A stretch of DNA of 64,000 bases from Acidobacteriota bacterium (GCA_963666055.2 CAXWPH010000007.1:1-64000), one strand, 5' to 3'; shown: positions 1 to 11,986, counted from the stretch's first letter. Translations and numbers: made by a program. The notes: generated by a model not told the origin, from the sequence alone.

Positions 1-1
1 G

Positions 2-529
2 GGAGCTGCGGAGGAACTCGCAGCGCGCTTCGGATTGCTCTTCATCAACGGCTATGCTCTGGATGCGGAGACCGGAGCGGGGGGGATGACGTTTCGTCGA
101 TCCGACGGTTCGCTGCGGAGCCACGCAATCACGAACGGAAGGAGGCCCGAGGAGCGGATCGAGAGCGTGAGGACGTTCGTGGGACAAGCGTTTCGCAGCA
201 ATCCCGGTACCTCAATCGAGCCACTACTAGTCTTAAGAGACGGTACCGAGGTGGTTCTGCCCGAAGTTGCCGGGCAATTCTCGGAGGGAACACCGCGAGT
301 CGCCGCAGTGGGCTGGTTGCAAGGTGCGGTGCTCCGGCACGGTTCCGGTCGGGTCGCTGCATTCGGTGAGGCGGCAATGTTCTCGGCTCAAGTCTCAGGC
401 TCGGGGGAGCAACGATTCCTGATGGGAATGAACAATCCCAACGCCTCCGAAAACCCGCAGTTTCTCCTCAATGTGATGCACTGGCTCTCGGGTCGCCTAG
501 ATGAATCCGGTGGGGGCAGGCAGCCGTAG
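2..529 (+). CDS. DUF4350/GATase-like domain protein, 5' partial
   Basis: Frame is open from the window edge. The C-terminal GRVAAFGEAAMFSAQ...GMN...NPQFLLNVMHWL pattern is typical of this family. Confidence 0.55.
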   Translation, partial: GAAEELAARFGLLFINGYALDAETGAGGMTFRRSDGSLRSHAITNGRRPEERIESVRTFVGQAFRSNPGTSIEPLLVLRDGTEVVLPEVAGQFSEGTPRVAAVGWLQGAVLRHGSGRVAAFGEAAMFSAQVSGSGEQRFLMGMNNPNASENPQFLLNVMHWLSGRLDESGGGRQP

Positions 530-748
530 GCTACTCAGAAGATCTGCCGAACTCCCCCGTCTCCCCTCTGTAGCTCTCGGCCCTCCGTAGCTACAATCCT
601 CGTGCACCCTTCAAGGTAGCGGACCGCTCGGAGGCCCAATGGTCGGTCGGCAAGGGCGGTATGGAGGAGGTCTGTCGAGCCACCATGTTGAGCATTGTGG
701 TCAGGCTGAAACGTCGCTGTCGCGAGGTGGAGTAAACAGGAGGTACTG

Positions 749-2569
749 GTGACCGGGACGCTCAGACTTGCGATGTTCATCACCTTTCTGGGACTTCCGG
801 CAGCTTTGCCTTCCGGCGCTCAGGAACCGGTCACAGCCGGTGCGATCGGGGAGAGGGTGGCGGGGCAATGGTTGGGCGCGATTTCGCCCGACGGAACCTT
901 CCTTACCTATACCGATTGGAGCAGCGGCGACCTCGCGGTCCACGACCTCGAGACCGGCAAGAGCCGGCGTCTCACACACAAGGGCTCTTGGGTGACACCC
1001 GAGTCTGCGGTGGGGGTGCACGCTATCTCGCCCGACAGTACGCTCGTCGCCTATTGCTGGCGGATGGAGTCGTCCTCCGAATTGCGTGTGGTCGACCTTG
1101 AGGGCTCAGAGCCCCGCATTCTCTACCACGACGAACTCGTGCCCCAAGACTGGTCACCGGACGGTCGGCATCTTCTGGCCACGTTCGCCAGAAGGGACGG
1201 CACGAGCCAGATGGTGTTGGTCTCCGTGGCCGATGGCTCGGCGCGGGTGCTGAAAACGTTCGCTGCGGCAAGCGAATGGGACGAGGGTCACATCATGGCC
1301 TTCTCACCGGACGGGCATTTCGTGGTGTACGACTCCCAGTTCAACGCGGAGTCCCCTGAACGCGATATCTACATCCTGTCGGTCGACGGGAGTCGCGACT
1401 CTCCTCTGGTAGAGCATGCGGCCAACGACTATGTGCTCGGGTGGGCACCCCAGGGGAACATCGTGCTCTTCGCAAGTGACCGGGCTGGCACGCTGGGGGC
1501 ATGGGCTATCCAGGTTGCCGATGGCAGGTCTCGGGGAGTCCCGACCCTGGTCGCATCCGAGATGCCGCCCGTGGGGAACGGTGGGTTTTCCGACGACGGC
1601 TCGTACTACTACGCTCGATCCGCATGGGTGAATGACCTCTACATTGCGACCATCGACCCGCTGAGCGGTAGGGCCCAGCAACCCGAAAAACTGGTCGACC
1701 ACGTCAGCTACGAGTCCTCGGCCGAGTTCTCGCCTGACGGACGCTACCTTGCATACGCCTCGGGATTGGGACGCTACCCTGACCCCTTCGTCCTCGGGAT
1801 CCGCTCTCTCGAGACCGGTGAAGAGCTTCGCCATCTGCTCAACATGAGGCGGCTCGGGGGCCACGCCTTTCAGCCTCAGTGGTCCCCCGACGGTGAGGCT
1901 CTTTTCGGTTCGGGTCGGCGCGGCATCGTTCAGATAGATGTCAACAGCGGGGAAACTAAAGTCCTGGTGGAATGCGAGAGCTGTATCGAGTGGCCAGTCT
2001 GGAGCTCCGATGGCAAAGCAATCTTTACCTCTTTTACCGAGGACGCACCGCGAAGCATCGTGGTGCGAGACCTCGAAACCGGCCGGGAGAATGAGATCCA
2101 TCGGGTCGAGCCTCCCGCCGCCGTATCTCAGCTCAGCGTCTCGCCCAATGGCCAGCATTTGGCCTTCGTCTGGTCTGAGATGGCGACCGGAACCAGCGCA
2201 CTGAAAGTCATAGCCACGACTGTCGGCGGTGAGCCGCGGGAGCTTGTTCGCGTGCCGCGGCCCAAGGGAGATGTCGCGTTCGACCCTCGCTGGGGGGCGA
2301 TTCTCCGGCCAGCGTGGAGCCCAGATGGGCGATACGTGCTCTTCGCTCGCATCGGAGCTGGAAGCCAAGGTCAAGGGTTCGAGCTGTGGCGAGTTTCGTC
2401 TGGCGGAGGAGAGCCGGAGAGCCTGGGACTGGTGATGGAAGGGCTGAGGCCCTACGGGTTGAGCGTTCATCGCGATGGTCGGCGCATCGCCTTCACCGCC
2501 GGAACGCCAAACCGGACAGAAACGTGGGTGATGAAGGGACTCCTTACGGCACATGAGACCGCCCGCTGA
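749..2569 (+). CDS. Secreted TolB-like (PD40/WD40) beta-propeller protein
   Basis: GGAGG RBS before GTG, signal peptide, many (W/F)SPDG repeats. Confidence 0.85.
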   Translation: MTGTLRLAMFITFLGLPAALPSGAQEPVTAGAIGERVAGQWLGAISPDGTFLTYTDWSSGDLAVHDLETGKSRRLTHKGSWVTPESAVGVHAISPDSTLVAYCWRMESSSELRVVDLEGSEPRILYHDELVPQDWSPDGRHLLATFARRDGTSQMVLVSVADGSARVLKTFAAASEWDEGHIMAFSPDGHFVVYDSQFNAESPERDIYILSVDGSRDSPLVEHAANDYVLGWAPQGNIVLFASDRAGTLGAWAIQVADGRSRGVPTLVASEMPPVGNGGFSDDGSYYYARSAWVNDLYIATIDPLSGRAQQPEKLVDHVSYESSAEFSPDGRYLAYASGLGRYPDPFVLGIRSLETGEELRHLLNMRRLGGHAFQPQWSPDGEALFGSGRRGIVQIDVNSGETKVLVECESCIEWPVWSSDGKAIFTSFTEDAPRSIVVRDLETGRENEIHRVEPPAAVSQLSVSPNGQHLAFVWSEMATGTSALKVIATTVGGEPRELVRVPRPKGDVAFDPRWGAILRPAWSPDGRYVLFARIGAGSQGQGFELWRVSSGGGEPESLGLVMEGLRPYGLSVHRDGRRIAFTAGTPNRTETWVMKGLLTAHETAR

Positions 2570-2617
2570 CCGATCACGAGAGTTGAACACTCCGGAGCGC
2601 AGTCCAGAAGCGGCTCG

Positions 2618-2650
2618 GAGGAGTTGAAGCGTCTGGTCCCACCGGACCTG
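2618..2650 (+). repeat. Degenerate kinase-PD40 3'-tail repeat (EELKRLVPPD)
   Basis: gaggagttgaagcgtctggtcccaccggac resembles the copies at 6331, 12349, 12875, 17140, 41690 and 42920. Confidence 0.65.
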
Positions 2651-2803
2651 CGGCGTGTCGCCTTTCTCGGCGGAAGGCGACAGGGATAATCGGGGTTCTA
2701 GGCAGGTAGACAATCTGAAGCCGGAGAGGCGCAGCTTACCGTGGAACCTCGCACGCTCGGGCGATAGTCTTCAGGCGCTCACCTACCCTGTTTCGGGAGC
2801 GCC

Positions 2804-2845
2804 ATGGAACCCGGCACCAAACTAGGCCACTACGAGATCCTCTCG
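2804..2845 (+). pseudogene. 5'-head remnant of Ser/Thr kinase (MEPGTKLGHYEILS)
   Basis: GGAG RBS plus ATG and the kinase N-terminal motif; cut off at the 107-bp repeat. Confidence 0.7.
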
Positions 2846-2850
2846 AGGTT

Positions 2851-2957
2851 TAGTCAAGAGGTGTGGAAATAGATTCAGGCAGCATTGCTTGCCGAGTGCT
2901 CCCAGTCGGCACAGGTATACGCCAATTGGATTTTCTTGGCCGACGCTAGGTTCCTTG
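2851..2957. repeat. 107-bp dispersed repeat, copy 1 (IS-end-like)
   Basis: tagtcaagaggtgtggaaatagattcaggcagcattgcttgccgag...aggttccttg also occurs at 8749-8855, with a partial copy at 12203-12255. Confidence 0.85.
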
Positions 2958-3016
2958 CTCGGAGCTATCGGGGTCGTTAGGGTTTCGCCCGAACAAGGTG
3001 AACGTGGACGACCGCT

Positions 3017-6000
3017 TTATTGGCCGGAACTTGTAAGCGCTTTTCGCTGCAGCTCCTCCGGATCGAACACCCAACCGCCTTTGATCACCCGCCAGATGGT
3101 CTGCGTGTTCTTGATGTCTTCCAGGGGGTTGGCGTCGAGCAGCACGATGTCGGCGAGCTTGCCGACCTCCAGCGTGCCGAGGTGTTCTTCCGCACCAACG
3201 GCCGCCGCTCCCTCCTGGGTGGCGATACGAAGCACCTCAAGTGGCGCCAGCCCGGCCTGGACAAGATGTTCCAGCTCCCAGTGCAGCTGCACCGGCCCCA
3301 GGGGTGTGACGTGGCCGCCCGCCAGGAGCCTGACACCGCGGCGATGCGCGGCGCGAATGCTCGCAAGCGTTTCCACCCAATACCCCCGTGCCGCCACTGC
3401 CCTGTTCATATCTCCACTAGTTACCCCTTCCCGGCGGATGCGCCACTCCGGGGTAAAAGCCCGAAACTTGGTGCCCGCCAGGCGTTCGGGCTCATCGCGG
3501 AGCAACAAGCCGAGGCCGTATCTGGTCGCCACCGTGGGGTCCCAGCGGGTGCCGGCCAGCGCCAGCATCTGGAGCACGTCGTCAGAGGGGGGTGGGGAAA
3601 GCGTGTGCTCGAGGCTCGCATACCCCAGGGTTACGCTCTTGGTAACTCGTTCTAGATAGTCGCTGTGGCCTACCACAGGTAACCCCAGCCGGCGAGCTTC
3701 CTCGGCCACCGCACGCTGCAACTGCCACGAAAGGGGTGGATAGACCTTGATGAAGTGCGCCCCACGCTGCTTCCACCGGCGCACATAGGTTCGGGCGTCC
3801 TCCTTGTTGCGAATGTCCAACCTAGTCCCGCGGCCCGCGCCAAAGATCCCACCCGAGAAGAAGTGGCGGGGCACGGGGTCGCTAGTAGCCTCGCCACGGT
3901 CCGCCAAAGCGTTCAGCCAGGTGAACCTGCCGCCGACGTCGCGCACCGAGGTGACGCCATAGGCCAGGAAGGCCTCCTGGTTGGCTGCAAAAAAGTTGGT
4001 GGTGCTGTGGCCGTGCATATCCAATAGCCCGGGAATGGCGAAGCGGCCACCCGCATCGACCGTGACGGTCTGGCGCGGCGGCAGCCGCCCACGTTCGGAG
4101 CCAGTCCAGCGGATGCGCCCCTGCTCGATGAAGAGAGAAGTCTCTGGACCAAAGGCACCAGTGTCGAAATCGAGCACCCGTACCCGCCGCACCAGCAGCG
4201 GTGGCGGCGTCGGGCGGGCCAGTTCCAACCGGATCGGTATCTCCTCCCGCTCACTACCTGCCAGCGGGTGTAGCCAGACGCGGTTGCCGGCAGCATAGAT
4301 TACCGCCGAGGAGTCCGGCGTGAACGCGAAACTGAAGTCCCCTTCCGGGCTGAGCTGGCGGAAATCTTCCTCTGGAACCGGGTCTTTGTTCAGCCCTGAA
4401 CCATCCGGTGCAGGCCCCAGCGACGCCACCCAGATTTCTGTGTCGCGCCGGAAGGCCACCCATTTCCCATCGGGGGAGACGTGTGCGCCGGCGTTGCGGG
4501 TCGGCAGTTGAGCGACCGCCTCCGGCTCGGCCTCCCCGTTGAGCGGCAACCGATAGAGCGTCTGGGTACCTGTGAGATCAGCGGAGAAGTAGAGCGACTG
4601 GCCATCAGGGGAGAAATCCAGGCGTGATGGCGACCGCGCGCCGAGCTCAGGGAGTTTCTCCTTTTTGCCGTCGCTGACGTTCACGGCCACCACGCGGTAG
4701 CGGCCGGGGTCATTCACCGCAAAGACCAGGCGCTGCCCGTCGGGACTCCAGCTGAGGCCCGTATTAGTCAGCCCAGAAGCCAGCGTACGCATCTGCCGAT
4801 TTTCAAAGTCGAATACCCGAACTTCTTCCTTGCCATACGCGCCGTGTACAAACGCCAGCTGCCGCCCATCCGGGGAAAACGCCGGGGCCCGCTCGAACGC
4901 GCTGCCTTCAAACAGCCGCTCGGCCTCGCCGCCATCGAGGGGTTGTTGCCAGAGATAGTCGGCTGCCCCAAACACCAGGCTTCGCCCGTCCGGCGACAGC
5001 CTGGGCGACAGCACGGTGCGCGGCGGAGCCGAGCTGCCAAGCGCGGCCGGAGTCCATGTAGGTGGCGGCGTCGGGGCCTGAACTTCCAGCCTGACGCGGG
5101 CGCGGAAGGCGAGGTGTTGGCGGCGCCCACTGGGCAGTTCAATCTTCCAGAGTCGCCCGTCCTGGCCGAGGTAGAGGCTCTTGTTGTCGGCGGCCACGGC
5201 GAACTGCGGCTCATTGAAATAGAAGCGGTGCGACAAGAGGATAATTTGTCGCGCGGCGCCCTCGGGGAGTGGCACGAACAACAGGTTTTTCGCCTCCGAA
5301 ATCGGTTCCTCCGGCTAACCCTGGCTCGCGGTGGCGCCAGTAGAGCCCATCACCCGCGGGACTTGGCACCGCCCGATCCGCGTAGCCGCTCATCGTGCGC
5401 ACGGTAGACACCACTCCCTCCGGGCTCATGACCTCAATCCGCGTCGTATGGGGCGAACTAGGTCCCTCACGCTCGACCATCGTCCAGGCCAAGCGTCCAT
5501 CTTGCAGGTAGAACACCGAGCGGAACAGCCGCGCTGGAGCACTGAGGGTTTCCGGCTCTCCCCCGTCCAGGGAAACCCGGCGCACCAGAGCGGGTGACAG
5601 ATTTGTCGAGCCACCCGGCGCACCCGTGAAGGGCAGATAGACGATCGCCTGGCCATCCGGAGTCCAGGTCAGTCGGATGGATTGCGCATGAGATTTGCGC
5701 GTGACCTGCGTAATCCGGCTGGTCGCCAGCTCCAGCACAAACACGTTGTCCTCGCCGCCGTCCCGATCGGAGACGAAGGCCACCTGTGTGCCATCGGGGG
5801 AGAAGGCGGGATCGCTAGCGTAGTAGGGCCCGAACGTGAGCTGTTCGGCGGTACCACCCTCGACCGGCAATCGGAACAGGTGCCCCAGCATGGTGAAGAT
5901 CAGCCACTGGCCGTCGGGTGAGAGCGCGATATGTGGCTGGGTGACCTCGGTGGTTTCGAACTCGATGGTGCGTGTTGCCGCCGGGCTGACGTTGCGGACC

Positions 6001-6107
6001 TCGAGGGGACCGGCGAGGGCATCACGACTGGAGGGCGACGCCATGCCGCCGGTGGCCGGGACCAACGCGAGAGACAGTAGCGTTACTGCGCTCAGCCGGT
6101 GTCTCAT
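3017..6107 (-). pseudogene. Secreted PD40-repeat amidohydrolase, frameshifted near 5281-5315
   Basis: ORFs 5211-6107 (signal peptide, SPDG repeats) and 3017-5281 (PGLLDMHGH, GTLEVGKLAD) join as one gene. Confidence 0.8.
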
Positions 6108-6330
6108 GGGAGCAGCCTCCTTTTTGACCGGATAGGGTGCTGCCAATGTTCTAAGTCCCAGCCAGGCGCACAAGAGAGAACCTGGAAGATCCTATCCTCA
6201 GCTGCTGCGATCTTGCTGAGCGGTTTTCTGTTGGGGCAGACCCGTCAGCCTGTCCGCCCCGGAGTGGGTGCCACTTATTAGCGCTTCTAATCGGTTCTGA
6301 CAAGGGGCTGCTGGAGCGGCCGCAATTACG

Positions 6331-6387
6331 ACACTCGTCATCAACTGGTTCGAGGAGCTGAAGCGGCTCGTGCCGACGGACCCGTAG
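6331..6387 (+). repeat. Kinase-PD40 3'-tail repeat (TLVINWFEELKRLVPTDP*)
   Basis: Isolated intergenic tail with no upstream gene body. Confidence 0.9.
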
Positions 6388-6998
6388 CTTCGTCTGCCGC
6401 CAGCACGCCGCCCGGATGCTCGGCTCGCATCTCCTATTCCTTGTCTGCGGCTTCAAGCTCGCTCTTGGTCGCATCGAGCGTGTCGTCGGAGAGCACCGAC
6501 AGGTCGAAACGTCTCGCCTCAACCTCGATCCGGACGGCTTTCTTCGGCCCGCACCCAGATCGATCCAGCACTAGCGCCGATATGTTCAGACGGGAAGGGT
6601 GACCCCGATGGTGCGTGAACCGCGGGGTGTTGTCATCTCAGGCGGGCACGCGTTATCCCCGGAGGACTGGAAGCCGGTAGTCCCGTGGAACCCCACGAAC
6701 GATCCAGTCGTGGTCACGCAGCTCGACGACGCGCTGCGAGTCACACTAACGGACGGCACGAGGAATCCTCGCGGCTATCCAAGGGGCGGCCTCGTTCGAC
6801 GAAGTGGCCCGATTCGCGGGCCCTGGGGGTAGGCTGGTAGCGGGGGGAGGCGCTTGCTGGCGGCCTGGCGCAGACCCGGCACCCGGAAGTCCCGCCTAGC
6901 AGGGTCCCCCAGCCGCAGGGTCGACAACGTAACGAGGTCACTCCAATGAGAATCTCTTTAAAAATGGAAATCCCAGTTATATCTCGGGAGGTTTCGAC

Positions 6999-8648
6999 AT
7001 GACTCTTTCTGTCCTCGTCGGCTCCGTCGGCGCTCGCCCGCGGCCGCCGGGGCGCGTCGCTCACTGGCGCGTCGCGCTCACCGTCGCGCTCGGGCTGTGG
7101 CTCTCTCCCACGGCGTCGGCGCAGACGCTCGACGTCACGGCGGCCACCATCGAAGAGCTCAACCAGGCGTTCGATGCCGGCACCCTCACCTCGGAGCAAC
7201 TCGTCGAACGCTATCTTGCCCGCATCGAGGCGTACGACCAGACCGGACCGACGCTCAACGCCGTCATCACTTTGAATCCCAGGGCGCTGGAGCGGGCGCG
7301 CGCGCTCGATGCCGAGCGGCAGATCCGGGGTCCCCGCTCCCCGGTGCACGGCATCCCGCTGGTCTTGAAGGACAACATCGACACGGCAGACCTCCCGACC
7401 ACGGCTGGCTCCATCATGCTGAAGGGGTCGATGCCCCCGGACGACGCCTTCATCGTGGAGAAGCTGCGTGACGCCGGGGCGATTGTGCTCGCGAAGGTCA
7501 ACTTGGGCGAGTTCGCGACTGGCATACGGAGCTCGCTCGGTGGGCTGACGCGCAACCCCCACGACCCCGCGCGCTCCCCCGCGGGGTCGTCCGCCGGGAC
7601 CGGGGCCGCCATCGCCGCGGCCTACGCGCAGTTCGGGCTCGGTACGGATACCGGCGGCTCGCTGCGCGGTCCCTCGACGGCCAACGGCATCGTCGGGCTC
7701 AAACCGACCCACGGCCTGATGAGCCGTGATGGCATCATCCCGAACGCGCTCTCGTTCGACACGGCCGGTCCGATGGCACGAAGCGTCTACGATGTCGCGG
7801 CCGCGCTCGGCGTGATGACCGGGATCGATGCCGCCGACGACGCCACGCGGAAGAGCGAGGGACGGTTCGACACGGACTACACGCAGTACCTCGACGCCAG
7901 CGCGCTGGAGGGCGCGCGCATCGGCATCGCACGCGATTTTCTCGGGCAGGATGGCGAGGTCGACTGGATCATCGAAGCGTCACTGGAAGTCATGCGCGGC
8001 GCCGGTGCGACAGTCGTCGACGTCCGCTTCCCGCAGTGGCTGCTCGAGGTGAGCAACCGTTTCTGGGACACGGTTTTTCGTCGGGAGTTTCGCGCCCAGC
8101 TTCCCGACTATCTCGCCACGCTGGCGCCCGGCTTTCCGAAGACCCTTGCCGATCTCGTCGAGCAGTCGGTGCGACTGACGGCGCCGAGGGATGGCGGCTG
8201 GCCGAACCCGAGGCGGTGGCGGCGGATACAACGCGTGGAAGAAAGGGGTGAGCTCTTCGATTCCGAGTATCGCGCCCTCCAGGAGTATGGCTTGCCGCTG
8301 GTGCGGGCGATCATCGAGGGCCTGTTCGAGACGGAGAACCTGGACGCGATCGTCTATCCGACCCGGTCCCGCCGTCCGCCGCGGATCGATGCCGATCCCA
8401 ATCCGTTCGGGGCCGCTCGACCCTATGCGGCGGCCGGCTACGCCAACCTGACCGGGTTCCCGGACCTCGTCGTGCCGGCCGGCTTCACCTCGAACGGGCT
8501 CCCGGTGGGGATATCGTTCCTCGGCCAGGCGTTCAGCGAGCCCCGGCTCCTCGCGCTCGGCTACGCGTTCGAGCAGGTGACGAAGGTCCGCCGGCTGCCG
8601 GTCAACACGCCGGTGCTGACGGCCGAGGCGATCCGTTCGCTGAAGTGA
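6999..8648 (+). CDS. Secreted amidase-signature family protein
   Basis: KDNIDT, AGSSAGTG and GTDTGGSLRGPS motifs; GGAGG RBS. Confidence 0.92.
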   Translation: MTLSVLVGSVGARPRPPGRVAHWRVALTVALGLWLSPTASAQTLDVTAATIEELNQAFDAGTLTSEQLVERYLARIEAYDQTGPTLNAVITLNPRALERARALDAERQIRGPRSPVHGIPLVLKDNIDTADLPTTAGSIMLKGSMPPDDAFIVEKLRDAGAIVLAKVNLGEFATGIRSSLGGLTRNPHDPARSPAGSSAGTGAAIAAAYAQFGLGTDTGGSLRGPSTANGIVGLKPTHGLMSRDGIIPNALSFDTAGPMARSVYDVAAALGVMTGIDAADDATRKSEGRFDTDYTQYLDASALEGARIGIARDFLGQDGEVDWIIEASLEVMRGAGATVVDVRFPQWLLEVSNRFWDTVFRREFRAQLPDYLATLAPGFPKTLADLVEQSVRLTAPRDGGWPNPRRWRRIQRVEERGELFDSEYRALQEYGLPLVRAIIEGLFETENLDAIVYPTRSRRPPRIDADPNPFGAARPYAAAGYANLTGFPDLVVPAGFTSNGLPVGISFLGQAFSEPRLLALGYAFEQVTKVRRLPVNTPVLTAEAIRSLK

Positions 8649-8748
8649 GTCGAGGTGTTCAGACAATAGCCCGTGGTTCAAGGCATTAGGGTCCTCGCCC
8701 ATCCAGATTGTCCCCGAAACTGTCCCTTATCGACCTTGGAACGAGGGG

Positions 8749-8855
8749 TAGTCAAGAGGTGTGGAAATAGATTCAGGCAGCATTGCTTGCCGAGCGATCC
8801 CATTCGTCACAGGTATGCGCCAGTTGGAGTTTCTTAGGCGACGATAGGTTCCTTG
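8749..8855. repeat. 107-bp dispersed repeat, copy 2
   Basis: Matches 2851-2957. Confidence 0.85.
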
Positions 8856-8963
8856 GACGCTGCAAGCAGGATAGAGAGTCGATGCGTACTCATCGTTCGC
8901 CTCCGCGAGGGATTGAGGGCCACGCCAGATCTTGGCACCTGCGACGCGTCCATCCCTAACGTG

Positions 8964-11210
8964 TCACGGCTTCAGGTGCTCCTGGAAGTAGCGGCGAATG
9001 GCTTCCTGCATGTATCTGAAACTGACAGGCGTCCACTTAGAAGTAGCGTGGGGCTGCTCGGGAAACACCAGCAGGTCGTAAGGTCTGCCCGCCCGGATGA
9101 ACGCCTCCACCATCTTCATGCTCTCCGCGAAACTAGGGCCGTTGATGTCGCTGGTGCCGATTATCAGGAGCAGCTTGCCTTTGAGGTTACCCGCCACCCG
9201 GAGGTTGGAGGAGTACTCGTACCCTTGTTTATTGTTTTGGGGCAGGCCCATCTTGCTCTCCGCCCATACCTGACTGGACGGGGAACCTGCAATACCGACG
9301 TGATACACATCGGAGGCCAGCAACATGGCGCGGAGCGTATTAGTACCGCCTCGGGAGTAGCCGTAGATACCCACCCGGCTCAGATCCATATAGGGGCGGT
9401 TTGCCCCCAACTGCTTGAGTGTAGCCACGTGGTCGGGAATCTCGCGGCCGACGTTTCCATAGAACACGTCTAGCGCCGCTTTACCCAGGTGGCCGTCCAC
9501 GATGAATGTAATGAAGCCCAACTGTGCGAGCGCCTGCGCCTGTACAACCATCCAGTAGCGGGCCGTGAAGGTGCGCTGCACATGTCTACTGTCCGCGCCA
9601 CCATAGATGTACTCGATCACCGGGTACCTTTTGTCGGGGTCGAAATCGTAGGGTTTGTAGAGCACCCCGTAGAGGTCGGTCTGCCCATCGGCGGCCTTGA
9701 CCACGAACTCTTCCGGTGGACTCCACTTGAGCTCCTCCCGAAGCGCGTCAATGTTGGCTTGGGACAGGGTTTGTAGCAGCGTGCCATCCGCGCGCCGGAA
9801 CTCCACCGTCGGCGGCCGGTCCACGCTGGAGTGCGTGTCCAGGAAGAACTCCCTTGAGGGCGCAAGGTCGACGGCGTGTTGGCCGCTCGCTTCGGTCAGC
9901 CGTGTGAAGTTTTTGCCCTCCAGGTTCACCCGGTAGAGGTGGGTGTCGTAGGGCCGTTGCTGATCACCTTGAGCAATGAAATAAACCCAGCCGACCTGCT
10001 CGTCCACAGCGATCACCCGGACGACAGGGAAGGCTCCTTCTGTCAATCGCTGGATCAGCGTCCCGTCCAGGTCGTAGAGGTAGAAGTGCCTCCACCCATC
10101 CCTTTCTGACATCCAGATAAATCTTTTCCCATCGCCCAGCAGTGTGAAGCGGGGTGTTCGGACCCAAGTGTTCTCGGTTTCGGTGAGGACGAGACGGGAG
10201 GAGCCAGTGGCGCCATCGGCGGCCATCAGGTCGTACTTTTTGAACTCGCGGTCTCTTCGGAGGAAAAGCAACTCAGAACCATCGGGCCGCCACCCGAGGA
10301 TATCAATGAACTGGTCCGGCTCCTCCCCGATGTCCACATGTACCTGGCGCTTGGAGAGGATATCCACGATGAAGAGTTCGGTCTGGTATGTGGGGCCGCC
10401 GTTCCGCGAGGCGCGTGGGGGGTAGTGTTCCCATTCCACCTCCTCCACCGGTTTCAACCAGTGAACGACAAGGGTCTTGGGAACGTTGCGCCAGTCCTCC
10501 TTCTTTAAGGCCAGCTTGAAGCCGTCCGGCGACCACCAGGCCCATCGTTGGTTGTATCCGCCCCACTTGTAGTCTTCGATGCCGTCGGTGGTCAGCTGCA
10601 CGCTGCGGCCGTCGTAGGTGGAACGCAGCCAGAGGTTGTACTCCTTGAGGCCGGCAAACCAGCGGCCGTCAGGAGAGAGCACCTCCATCAGGTCGGGCGC
10701 GCTCCGGGGAAAGACCTTCCAGACGATCTGTGGGACCAGCCGGCTTTTCTCCGCCTCGGCCAGCGGAGGGATTGGAGTGATCTTGTAGTTGTCGAGCTGG
10801 AGGATAAATTCCTTGTCCTCCACGGTGAACTTGACGGCCTGCTCGCCCTCGTCCAGGAAAGTGAATCGGTCGAAGGGCAGTCCCTGGTAAGGTGCCTCGT
10901 GCCTCAGCAATGGCGTGAGCGCCAGGCGCAGACGGGCGGTGTCGAACAGGGGTGTCTTGGTGTTGGCCCTGGGATCAACCTTGTAGATGACGATGCTGGC
11001 CGGAGCCCCCTCGGCGTACCAGAAGCTGCTGCCGTCGGCCATCCAGTGGGGCTCAATGGAGCCGCCTCTGACGTAGGAGGCAAACTCCATGTAACGGTAG
11101 TACATCGCCTCCCGCTCGGATTGCTCGGCTTCCTGAGCGCGAACCAGCGAGCCGCTAACCACTAAAACGACGACCAGAAAACCAAGCAGTGCCAATTTTG
11201 AGCTAGACAT
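8964..11210 (-). CDS. Dipeptidyl peptidase IV-like S9 family peptidase
   Basis: Signal peptide, DPPIV_N propeller, GYSRGG nucleophile motif, C-terminal Asp/His. Confidence 0.9.
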   Translation of the reverse strand: MSSSKLALLGFLVVVLVVSGSLVRAQEAEQSEREAMYYRYMEFASYVRGGSIEPHWMADGSSFWYAEGAPASIVIYKVDPRANTKTPLFDTARLRLALTPLLRHEAPYQGLPFDRFTFLDEGEQAVKFTVEDKEFILQLDNYKITPIPPLAEAEKSRLVPQIVWKVFPRSAPDLMEVLSPDGRWFAGLKEYNLWLRSTYDGRSVQLTTDGIEDYKWGGYNQRWAWWSPDGFKLALKKEDWRNVPKTLVVHWLKPVEEVEWEHYPPRASRNGGPTYQTELFIVDILSKRQVHVDIGEEPDQFIDILGWRPDGSELLFLRRDREFKKYDLMAADGATGSSRLVLTETENTWVRTPRFTLLGDGKRFIWMSERDGWRHFYLYDLDGTLIQRLTEGAFPVVRVIAVDEQVGWVYFIAQGDQQRPYDTHLYRVNLEGKNFTRLTEASGQHAVDLAPSREFFLDTHSSVDRPPTVEFRRADGTLLQTLSQANIDALREELKWSPPEEFVVKAADGQTDLYGVLYKPYDFDPDKRYPVIEYIYGGADSRHVQRTFTARYWMVVQAQALAQLGFITFIVDGHLGKAALDVFYGNVGREIPDHVATLKQLGANRPYMDLSRVGIYGYSRGGTNTLRAMLLASDVYHVGIAGSPSSQVWAESKMGLPQNNKQGYEYSSNLRVAGNLKGKLLLIIGTSDINGPSFAESMKMVEAFIRAGRPYDLLVFPEQPHATSKWTPVSFRYMQEAIRRYFQEHLKP

Positions 11211-11359
11211 TCTTGCCTCCGTTTTGCTGCTGCTGCCTACAGAAGGCAGCTTCCGATTGGCAATCCCTACTACAGGTACACCTCGCCCATACCGCCAGCG
11301 CCTAGCTGCTCTATGATCTTGTCGTAGTCATTGTCTTGGGGTAGCGGGTATTAGCCAGA

Positions 11360-11986
11360 TCACTGCAGCCCCAATGCGGCAATGACCCCGTTGAGGACCA
11401 CCGAGAGGACAACAGCGGCAATGCTCAGCGGCACCAAGGCTCCAACCGAGATGAGTCCTTTCCGCCACGGACTCCACTCACGGTGACGCACGATCAGAAT
11501 CCAGGCGAGCGGCGCTAAGCACATGAGCACGAACCAGCCGACAAAATTGAGCAGGGGGATGCCGTAGTAGACCGTGCCTTCCACAAACCAGACCCAGTAG
11601 CCGGAAGCGACGGCCGGGTCAATGAACAGATCCATCGCCACAGCAATGACGCCGGTTAGCACCGGCACCTGCCACCACAGCCGAGGCTGGGTGAGCATAT
11701 CCTGGCCGGGACGGGCGAGGATGCCCTCGGCGACGAACAAACAGGTGCCACACATCCCGATCCACCCGAACAGAATAAAGGTGAACACCCACAGCATTGA
11801 CTGGCCCGGATACTCATAGTTGCGCACGACAAACGATGAGATCAGATCCATGATGGCCGTGAACCCGCCAGAGACGATGATAAAGACGAATGTGTCCGCT
11901 CCACCAAACCGCCACCACACAAAGGCCAACACGGGGAGAGCAAACAGAATGCCGCCCAGCAGGACCATGGTGAAATCGGGTGTCAT
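11360..11986 (-). CDS. DUF422/CruF-like carotenoid biosynthesis membrane protein
   Basis: DLFIDP...GYWVW...YYGIPLLNFVGW motif and multiple TM helices; ATG overlaps the upstream TGA. Confidence 0.7.
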   Translation of the reverse strand: MTPDFTMVLLGGILFALPVLAFVWWRFGGADTFVFIIVSGGFTAIMDLISSFVVRNYEYPGQSMLWVFTFILFGWIGMCGTCLFVAEGILARPGQDMLTQPRLWWQVPVLTGVIAVAMDLFIDPAVASGYWVWFVEGTVYYGIPLLNFVGWFVLMCLAPLAWILIVRHREWSPWRKGLISVGALVPLSIAAVVLSVVLNGVIAALGLQ